From: Dehalococcoidia bacterium
Lineage (GTDB): Bacteria > Chloroflexota > Dehalococcoidia > Bin125
Assembly (NCBI GenBank): GCA_963663235.2
Contig: CAXXNO010000004.1
Location: forward strand, 768,001 to 832,000
Length of the DNA stretch: 64,000 nt
Direction: 5' to 3'
The translations under genes and the position numbers were made by a program. Numbering within the stretch: position 1 is the first letter of the stretch; each line of letters opens with the position of its first letter. Positions 1 through 7,420 of the stretch are shown here, in pieces. The notes under the pieces are model-generated. The model searched no databases and was not told where the DNA came from. It saw only the letters and a program-made list of their open reading frames with translations.

Positions 1-583
1 GCGTGGGCTCGCCGGTGAAGACGTCGTGGGCGGAGGCCCAGAGGAAGTCGATCTCAAGTCCGGCGCCGCCGGCGAAGTCCACCGGGAAGCCGCTGCCGCA
101 GGCGACGGGTTCGTCGGGGTACTCGATGCGGTAGTGGGGCAGCCCTTCGTCGAAGTCGCCGGCCTCCGGCGGGGCGGGGAGGAACTCGAAGACGATGCGG
201 TCGAAGCCGTCGTGGGTGGCGGTGCGGATCGCGACCTGGAGGCCGCCGCGGAGCGGCGGGATGACGACGGTGTCCACCTCGAAGAGGTCGAAGGGGGGCT
301 CGTCGGGCTCGGGCTCTTCGTCTGGGGTGGCGATCGGCTCGGCGTCGCGGTCGGGCGTCTCCTCGGGCCGCTCGTCGGGCCGCTCGTCGCGGGGCGGAGG
401 GGGGCGCTCGGGACGGGGCTCGGGCTGAGATTGCTCGGCGACGTCCGCGACGGCGTCGGGCTGGGCCTGGTCGGCGGCGGGCGCCGGAGTCGCCTGGGGC
501 GAACCGGCGTCGTCGGAGCCGCCGTTGCAGGCCACGAGCAAGAGCGCGGCCAGCAGGGGAGCGATCGCCAGGGCCAGACGCAT
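1..583 (-). CDS. Lipoprotein with Pro/Asp/Glu-rich linker and AMIN-like domain (partial, runs off the window start; not in the ORF track)
   Basis: Manual translation from ATG 583: MRLALAIAPLLAALLLVAC|NGGSDD (lipobox), low-complexity linker, then IRTATHDGFDRIVFEF...YRIEYPDEPVACGSG. GAGATGAGG RBS upstream. Confidence 0.7.
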   Translation of the reverse strand, partial: MRLALAIAPLLAALLLVACNGGSDDAGSPQATPAPAADQAQPDAVADVAEQSQPEPRPERPPPPRDERPDERPEETPDRDAEPIATPDEEPEPDEPPFDLFEVDTVVIPPLRGGLQVAIRTATHDGFDRIVFEFLPAPPEAGDFDEGLPHYRIEYPDEPVACGSGFPVDFAGGAGLEIDFLWASAHDVFTGEPT

Positions 584-669
584 CGGAGCACCTCATCTCT
601 CGATCCGTGTCTCGATCGATTGTGACCGGGCGAGAGGGTGGCGGCAACGGCGGGTCGGAGGCGGGGCGT

Positions 670-1092
670 TCAGGCGGGCTTGAACATGGGGAGGGTGATG
701 TCGTCCGACATGGGCTGGAAGTGGACGCGGACGGGCATGCCGACGCGGACATCGTCGGGCGGGCAGCCGACGATGTTGGTGAAGGTGTACCAGCCCTCGT
801 CCATCTCGACGATGGCGATGACGTAGGGCACGTCGAAGGCGGGCAGCTGGGGCCGCCAGACGACCGTGTAGCTGTAGACCGTCCCCCGGCCGCTGCTGGG
901 CAGCCACTCCAGATCAGCGCTGAAGCACTTGGTGCAGACGGGCTGCGGGATGAAGACGTACTCGTCGCAGGCGCGGCAACGCTGGACGACGAGCTCACCG
1001 CGGCGGCAGGCGTCCCAGTACGGCTCAGAGAGCGGCGTGGGGGTGGGAAGCGGGATGGGCGGTCGAGCGTCGGTCATGCGGTCGGGGGTCAT
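670..1092 (-). CDS. DUF35 / Zn-ribbon OB-fold protein (ChsH2-C-like thiolase partner)
   Basis: YWDACRRGELVVQRCRAC...PQPVCTKC zinc ribbon, SSGRGTVYSYTVV OB-fold. ATGA overlap with the upstream thiolase-like gene. Confidence 0.9.
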   Translation of the reverse strand: MTPDRMTDARPPIPLPTPTPLSEPYWDACRRGELVVQRCRACDEYVFIPQPVCTKCFSADLEWLPSSGRGTVYSYTVVWRPQLPAFDVPYVIAIVEMDEGWYTFTNIVGCPPDDVRVGMPVRVHFQPMSDDITLPMFKPA

Positions 1093-2258
1093 GCGGGCTC
1101 GTTCCCCAGGAGCAGCACCTCGGCGAAGAGCGCCGCAGCGCCGCCGTTGGTGCACATGGCGACTTTGACGTCGGGGACCTGGAGAGGGCCCATGCGGCCG
1201 CGGACCTGGTCGGTCCCAGCGATGACCTTCTGCAACATCTGGGCGAGGCCGGCGTGGGAAAACGACATCGTGCCGCCGTTGGTGCAGACGGGGAAGTCGC
1301 CATCGAGGTGGATGCGGCCGTCCATGACGAAGGGGCCGCCCTCGCCCTGGGGGCAGAACTCGAAGGCCTCGAACTGGCGGATGATCTCGAAGGAGAAGGG
1401 GTCGTAGAACTCGCAGACGTCGACATCGTGGGGGGTGATGCCCGCCATGGCGAAGGCCTTTCGCGCCGAGGTGCGGCCCACCATGCCGTAGCGGTCCCAA
1501 ACGGGGGCCATCACATATGAGGGGCCCATCCGCTCCATGGCCCCGCCCAGCACGTAGGCGTGCGGGCCAGGGAGGTCGCGGGCGCGCTCGACGGTGGTGA
1601 GGATGAGGCCCGCACCGCCCTCACTGGTCATGGCGCAGTCGAGCAGGTGGTAGGGGTCGGCGACCATGCGGGAGTCGAGGATGTCCTGTGGAGTGAAGGG
1701 GCCGCGCTCGTAGTAGACGGCGTCGGGGTTGATGTGGCCGTGGTTGCGGATGGTGGCGGCGACCTCGGCGAGGTGCTCCGGCTTGGTGCCGTAGAGGTGC
1801 ATGTGGCGTCTGGCGATCAGGGCGAACTCGGCGGCGGTGTAGAGACCCCAGCACTCGACGAACTCGTTTTGGGGCCGGGTCCAGGGGGCGACCTTCTCGC
1901 GCTCCGAGTAGGCGCCGGCCTGGCCGGCGGCGAGGACCACCGTGTCGCAGAGACCGGCGCCGATGGCGGAGGCCGCTTCCAGCACGGCGGGCACGCCCAT
2001 GCGCGCTGCGCCCATCCAAGAGGGCTGCCCGCCCAGCATGTGCGCCATGTGGAAGGCGGTGACGTTGGACGCGAGGCCGACGTTGACGTTGACGCCGTTG
2101 ACGTCGTGCGGCGCGAGGCCCGCATCGGCGAGAGCGCCGCGGATGGCATCGAGTGTGATAGAGAGCGAGGTCTCATCGGGGAGGAGGCGCGCCTGCCTGG
2201 TGTTAAATGCGCCGACCACGGCCACGTCGTGGAGAGCGGTGGGTCGCTTGGTCGCCAT
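1089..2258 (-). CDS. Thiolase-superfamily (SCP-x/Ltp2-like) protein
   Basis: RRHMHLYG, DSRMVADPYHLLDCAMTSEGG, EFYDPFS, CTNGG motifs. Start trimmed to MATKRPT (2258). Confidence 0.88.
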   Translation of the reverse strand: MATKRPTALHDVAVVGAFNTRQARLLPDETSLSITLDAIRGALADAGLAPHDVNGVNVNVGLASNVTAFHMAHMLGGQPSWMGAARMGVPAVLEAASAIGAGLCDTVVLAAGQAGAYSEREKVAPWTRPQNEFVECWGLYTAAEFALIARRHMHLYGTKPEHLAEVAATIRNHGHINPDAVYYERGPFTPQDILDSRMVADPYHLLDCAMTSEGGAGLILTTVERARDLPGPHAYVLGGAMERMGPSYVMAPVWDRYGMVGRTSARKAFAMAGITPHDVDVCEFYDPFSFEIIRQFEAFEFCPQGEGGPFVMDGRIHLDGDFPVCTNGGTMSFSHAGLAQMLQKVIAGTDQVRGRMGPLQVPDVKVAMCTNGGAAALFAEVLLLGNEPA

Positions 2259-2377
2259 GCGAACTCCGTGCGGCGCGCGCCTCGGGTGCGGGGGCGGACG
2301 CAGCATCGCTATATTCCTTGCAACTGGGAGCGCGAGCAACCGGCCGGCTATGGCACCGCGACGGGAAGAACGGATCG

Positions 2378-4816
2378 ATGGCCGAGGCGCCGCTCGAGGG
2401 ACTGCGGGTAGTCGATCTCTCGACCACGTTCGCGGGCGCCCTGGCGACGATGATCCTGAGCGACGCTGGGGCGGACGTGATCAAGGTCGAGCCCGCAGGG
2501 GGCGAGCCGACCTGGGCACAGCCGGCGGCGCGGCAGTGGCATCGCGGGAAGCGGAGCGTGGCCTGTGACATCGCGACGGCGGAGGGCAAGTGTCGAGCGC
2601 TGGATCTGATCGGCGGGGCGGACGTGGTGGTGGAGAGCGCGGTCCCAGGCGAGCTGGAGCAGGTGGGCATCGATGGCGACGAGCTCCTGTCGCGACACGG
2701 GGGGTTGATCTGGGTGTCGATCACCGGCTTCGGGCGGGAGGGGCCGCTGTCGCGGTACCCCGTCTCGGAGGGGATCGTGTCGGCCAAGGCGGGGCGGTAC
2801 ACGCAGCTGGAGGGGATCCTGCCGCGGCCGGGCCCGATCTACGGGGCCGTGCCGGTGGCGGGGTTCGGCGCGGCGATGACCGCGTTGCAGGGGCTGATGG
2901 CGGCGCTGTACGTGCGGGAGCGATGCGGCATCGGGCAGCGCGTGGACGCCAGCCTGTTGCGGGGACTGTCCGTGCAGGACCTGGGGCAATGGCTGGTGGC
3001 GCAGCTGCCGGAGGAGGAGATCGCGAAGATCAGCGGCGACGGCCGGACCGACGGGATCTATAAGGCCGTCTACCTGGCCGGCCGGACAAAGGACGGCCGC
3101 TGGATCCAGTTGGGCAACACAGCGGCGCACCTCTTCATGAGCTGCATGCAGGTGATGGGGCTGGAGGACGTGTACACGAACCCCCGCTACTCCGACGCTC
3201 CGTACTACCGCGACGTCCAGATCCAGGACGAGCTCCAATCCATGCTGCTGGCGCGCGTGCGTGAGAAGACGCTGGGCGAATGGATGGAGTTGTTCATCGC
3301 CAACGGGAACGTGGGAGCGGAGCCGTTGCAGACGACGCAGGAGGGCATGGAGCACCCGCAGATGTTGCACAACGGCCACGTGGTAACGGTCGACGATCCG
3401 GTGGTCGGGCCGACGCGGCAGATCGCGCCGCTGGCGCGGCTCTCGGAGACGCCGATGCGGATCCGCGGACCCGCCGCGACGCCGGGCGCCCACACCGACG
3501 CCGTGATCGAAAACGGTGACACCCGGCGGCCGGAGCGGCCCGCGAGGTCCGGGAACAGGAGCGCCACGCCGAAGCACGCCCTGGACGATGTGCTGGTGCT
3601 GAACTTCGCATCGTGGATCGCGGGGTCAATGGCGAGCCTGCCGCTGGCCGACCTCGGAGCGCGGGTGATCAAGATCGAGCCGCTGGAGGGCGATCCGTAC
3701 CGCTACAGCGGCGAGGGTGAAGGGGTGGCGCACACGTCGGCGGGGATGGAAGGGCTGGCGCTCAACCTCAAGAGCGAGGAGGGGCGGGCGATCGCGCTGG
3801 AGCTAGTGCGACGGGCGGACATCTTGATCCACAACTGGCGCCCGGGCGTCGCGGAGCGGCTGGGGCTGGGCCACGACGCCGTGCGCGCGATCAACCCGCG
3901 CTGCGTGTACGTGCACGCGTCGTCGTACGGGCGGGACGGCCCCCACGCCCACCGGCCCATGTTCCACCCGTTGGCCGGCGCGATCGCCGGGAACGCCCTG
4001 TACCAGGCCGGCGAGGGGATGCTGCCCGACCACAACGAGGAGATCCCGATGGAGGAGCTGCGCGAGATCTCGCGCGAGCTGGGGCGCTCCAACGAACCGA
4101 ACCCGGACCCGAACGCCGGAATGGGCTGCGCCTGTGCGGCGTTGCTGGCGCTGCTGGTGCGGGAACGGAGCGGCGTGGCGCAGCACGTGGAGACGACGAT
4201 GATCCTCTCCAACGCCTACGCCTGCTCGGACGACTTCCTGGACTACGAAGGGAAGCCCGCACGCCCGGCGCCGGACGCGGGCAAGTACGGACTGCAGGCG
4301 CTGTACCGGCTCTACGAGTCGCGGGAGTCGTGGGTGTTCCTGGATGCGTCCGGCGGAGAGGCCGCCTGGACGCAGTTGTGCGAGGCGCTGGAGCGGCCCG
4401 ACCTGCCGCGCGACCCGCGATTCCGCGTGGCGGAGGAGCGGCGCGCGAACGACGCCGCGCTGGCGGAGGAGCTGACGGCGATTTTCGCGTCGCGGCAGGC
4501 CGAGGAATGGGAGCGGAAGCTCATCGGCGCGGGAGTGGGGTGTGTGCGAGCGGACGGGCCGACGTACTCGCGCTTCAGCATGTTCGACCCGCACAGCCAG
4601 GCGACGGGGCTCTCCGAGCCTGCCGAGTGGCCACATCGCCGATACGGGGCACACCGGCGGCACGGGCCGGTGGTCGCGCTGTCGCGGACGCCGGGGCGGG
4701 CGCGGCCGGGCTGCGAGCTGGGGGAGCACACGCAGGCGATCCTGGAAGAGATCGGCTACGCGCCCGACGCGATCGCCGGGCTGCGCGAGCGGGAGGTCGT
4801 GGGGCTGCCGGACTAA
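2378..4816 (+). CDS. Family III (CaiB/BaiF) CoA-transferase, two fused domains
   Basis: Two copies of the CaiB N-terminus: PLEGLRVVDLS...LSDAGADVIKVEP...RGKRS and ALDDVLVLNFA...LADLGARVIKIEP. Ends GEHTQAILEEIGY. Confidence 0.9.
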   Translation: MAEAPLEGLRVVDLSTTFAGALATMILSDAGADVIKVEPAGGEPTWAQPAARQWHRGKRSVACDIATAEGKCRALDLIGGADVVVESAVPGELEQVGIDGDELLSRHGGLIWVSITGFGREGPLSRYPVSEGIVSAKAGRYTQLEGILPRPGPIYGAVPVAGFGAAMTALQGLMAALYVRERCGIGQRVDASLLRGLSVQDLGQWLVAQLPEEEIAKISGDGRTDGIYKAVYLAGRTKDGRWIQLGNTAAHLFMSCMQVMGLEDVYTNPRYSDAPYYRDVQIQDELQSMLLARVREKTLGEWMELFIANGNVGAEPLQTTQEGMEHPQMLHNGHVVTVDDPVVGPTRQIAPLARLSETPMRIRGPAATPGAHTDAVIENGDTRRPERPARSGNRSATPKHALDDVLVLNFASWIAGSMASLPLADLGARVIKIEPLEGDPYRYSGEGEGVAHTSAGMEGLALNLKSEEGRAIALELVRRADILIHNWRPGVAERLGLGHDAVRAINPRCVYVHASSYGRDGPHAHRPMFHPLAGAIAGNALYQAGEGMLPDHNEEIPMEELREISRELGRSNEPNPDPNAGMGCACAALLALLVRERSGVAQHVETTMILSNAYACSDDFLDYEGKPARPAPDAGKYGLQALYRLYESRESWVFLDASGGEAAWTQLCEALERPDLPRDPRFRVAEERRANDAALAEELTAIFASRQAEEWERKLIGAGVGCVRADGPTYSRFSMFDPHSQATGLSEPAEWPHRRYGAHRRHGPVVALSRTPGRARPGCELGEHTQAILEEIGYAPDAIAGLREREVVGLPD

Positions 4817-4853
4817 GTTATCGCTTTGGGGCGATCGCTTGGGGGCGAAGGCT

Positions 4854-5690
4854 TTAGGCGCGCTTCGCGACTTCGTAGACAATCGTGTGGCGGAAGCGGG
4901 CGAGGTCGCGGCCGTCCTCGGCGATGAGGACGCAGTCGAGGACGCTGTAGCGGTGGCCCTTGCGCTCGAAGTAGTCGACCAATCGACCGGCCACGGTGAG
5001 CGTTTGCCCGGCGTGCGCCGGGGCCAAGTGCTGCACGCGGGTCTCCGCGTGGATGCCCGGCCCGTACTCAAACGAGTGGCGGACCAGGTGGGTGCCGCGC
5101 GCAGCGATCCAGGAGGGGTGGAGGCGGGCGGCGTCCCCCCGCCAGAGCGGGCCCTCATCGGCGGCGCGCTCCGTGGCGTAGGCGGCCGCGTCCTGGGGGG
5201 AGAAGGGGATGGCCATCGGGGGCAGGTCGTAGCCGAGCGGCGCGGTGTCGGGCGAGAAGCGGGGCTTGGCGTCGCGCGAGGGCACGGCGGTGCGATTGTC
5301 GGGCTGCTGCAACTCATGCAACCAAGGGGCGGCGTCGAGCCCGACGGTCCCGACGAGGCAGCGCTCACCGTCGCCGTTGGACATGACGAAGCCGGCCGCG
5401 CCGTCGTCGCTGGGAGTGACCTGCGCGGTCATCTCATCGCCGGGGTAGACGGGGCGGCGGAAGGCGACCTGCGCCCAGCCGTGATCGAGCCAGCGCTCGC
5501 CCAGCGCCTCGACGATGCAGGGGACCACCCAGGCGTAGACGGTCACGCCACGGACCAGCGCCGCGCGGTAGCCGAAGGCGCGCGCGCCCTCCGTGGAGTG
5601 GATGACGTTGGGGATATCGAGGCTGTCGGGCCCGTCGAGGAAGGCGGTGATCCGCGAGACAGCGGGGCGACCGTGGGACTGGGTGGTCAT
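4854..5690 (-). CDS. Double hot-dog (MaoC-like) dehydratase/hydratase
   Basis: NVIHSTEGARAFGYRAALVRG...AFRRPVYPGD, and a second hot-dog half (GIHAETRVQHL...FERKGHRY). Confidence 0.75.
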   Translation of the reverse strand: MTTQSHGRPAVSRITAFLDGPDSLDIPNVIHSTEGARAFGYRAALVRGVTVYAWVVPCIVEALGERWLDHGWAQVAFRRPVYPGDEMTAQVTPSDDGAAGFVMSNGDGERCLVGTVGLDAAPWLHELQQPDNRTAVPSRDAKPRFSPDTAPLGYDLPPMAIPFSPQDAAAYATERAADEGPLWRGDAARLHPSWIAARGTHLVRHSFEYGPGIHAETRVQHLAPAHAGQTLTVAGRLVDYFERKGHRYSVLDCVLIAEDGRDLARFRHTIVYEVAKRA

Positions 5691-5817
5691 TTGGGCGCCA
5701 TGCTAGCGCATGCGAATGGGCCGGGCGCCGCATTGCTGGGCGAATTGCTGGGGTTGGGGGGCACGCATATACTCTCGCCATTCCGCCCGCACACACCCGA
5801 TGAGCAAGAGGGCACTC

Positions 5818-6051
5818 ATGGCTGCGACCGAAAAGTTGGCGGGGGGCGGCGGGTACGGCGATCCGCCGGCGCGCCCAGCGGCCAAGGTGGTGGAGGAGAT
5901 CAAAGACGAGTCCGTCTCCCCGGCGGCGGCGCGGTAGCCCTCCAGGGTGGTGGTGAAGGAGATCGACCGCCAGCGGCCGGCCCACGAAGTGGACGAGGCC
6001 GCGACCCAGGCGCTGCGCGAGCAGATGCGGGCGTCGCGCAGGCAGGGCTAA
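5818..6051 (+). pseudogene. Remnant of a hydantoinase B/oxoprolinase C-terminus
   Basis: AGGGGYGDPPARPAAKVVEEIKDESVSPAAAR*PSRVVVKEIDRQRPAHEVDEAATQALREQMR aligns by eye to the C-termini of the three HyuB genes in this window. TAG 5935-5937 sits where they have GAG/ACG. Confidence 0.75.
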
Positions 6052-6156
6052 TCCGCGTTTCCTCCGCCTGTTGGGGGCACTCCCCGTGATCCGGCGAGCG
6101 GAGCGCGGGCCGGGATCAGCGCGCCGCCGGCGGGCGCGGGAGAGACCGCATCGCGC

Positions 6157-7329
6157 ATGACCGAGAGCAGCAGAGCCGAGTCCGGGCGCCTGTGGAGCCG
6201 GGAGCTCGTCCTGTTGCTGGTGATGATCCACCTCGTCTTCGTGGGCTACTACTCCATGTTCGTGGTGCTACCCGCGTACCTGGACGATTCGTCAAAAACC
6301 ATGGTCGGGATCGTGGTGGGCGTCTTCGGGATCGCGACGTTCGCCACACGGCTGTGGGCCGGATCGCTGGCCGATCTGATGGGCAGGCGCACCCTGCTGC
6401 TGGCGGGGCTGGCTCTGCCGATGGTGGCGTTGCTGCTCTACGCGCAAGGGCCGTTCGCGGCCGGGCTGATCCCGGTGCGCCTGCTGCACGGTCTGGCGTG
6501 GGTCCTGACGGCGACTTCCTTCGTAGCGCTCAACGCGGACATCGCGCCCGCGGCACGGCGGGGCGAGGCGATCAGCTACGTGCTGCTGGCGAGCGAGAGC
6601 GCGGCGCTCTACGCGCCGTTCGCGTCGCTGTGGATTGGGGAGCACGTCAGCTTTCGAGTGGTGTTCGTCGGTCTGGCGGTGCTGGCGATCGTCAGCATTC
6701 TCATCGTGCGGCGGTTGCCGAGCGATCGGGGAACGCCGCCATCGTGGCGGCTGCCGACGCCGTTTCGCGTCTCGCGGGCGGGGCTGCTGCCACTGGCCGC
6801 GTTCATCGGCGTGGCGATCGCGATCGGCGCGCAGGCCAGCTTTCTCGTGATCCACGCCGACGAGAAAGGCCTGGGGAACCCGCAACTGTTCTTTCTGGCG
6901 CACGGGATCGCCGTGATCGCCATCGTGACCGTGGCCGGTCGCGTGTTGGCCGCGCTGGGGTACGCGCTGACCACGTTCATCAGCCTGCTGCTGGCCGGCG
7001 CGGCGATGCTGACGGTAGCACTGGCGCAAGGGTCCGAGGGGCTCATCCTGGGAGGCGCGCTGTTCGGCGTCGCGATGGGCGGCTCCTACACGGCGGCGAT
7101 GACGCAAGCGTATACGAGCGCGGACCCGGCGGGGCGGGCGCGGGCGATGGCGACGGTGGCGCTGGCGTTCGACATCGGGGCGACGGCGGCCATCCCGTTC
7201 GGCGCGGTAGCAGATGCGGCGGGCACGCGGGTGGTGTTCGCGATCGCGGCGGGCATCGCGGCGGTGGCGGCGTTCGTGCCGTTCGTGGGGATGCGGGCGG
7301 GCCGCGCGCGGGGATCGCGGGGCGCCTAG
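6157..7329 (+). CDS. MFS transporter
   Basis: About 12 hydrophobic segments; motif A GSLADLMGRR. Confidence 0.9.
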   Translation: MTESSRAESGRLWSRELVLLLVMIHLVFVGYYSMFVVLPAYLDDSSKTMVGIVVGVFGIATFATRLWAGSLADLMGRRTLLLAGLALPMVALLLYAQGPFAAGLIPVRLLHGLAWVLTATSFVALNADIAPAARRGEAISYVLLASESAALYAPFASLWIGEHVSFRVVFVGLAVLAIVSILIVRRLPSDRGTPPSWRLPTPFRVSRAGLLPLAAFIGVAIAIGAQASFLVIHADEKGLGNPQLFFLAHGIAVIAIVTVAGRVLAALGYALTTFISLLLAGAAMLTVALAQGSEGLILGGALFGVAMGGSYTAAMTQAYTSADPAGRARAMATVALAFDIGATAAIPFGAVADAAGTRVVFAIAAGIAAVAAFVPFVGMRAGRARGSRGA

Positions 7330-7420
7330 AGAGCGGGAGCGGCCAGCGAGGTTTGCGAACCGCTTACGCCGTGTGCCACCATGTCGGCCGTTGTGCGAAC
7401 CCCGGGGAAGAATGTGGGCG

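Noticed and set aside
26-625. 199-aa plus-strand ORF
   Set aside because: Shadow of the minus-strand lipoprotein, which has a signal peptide, lipobox and RBS.
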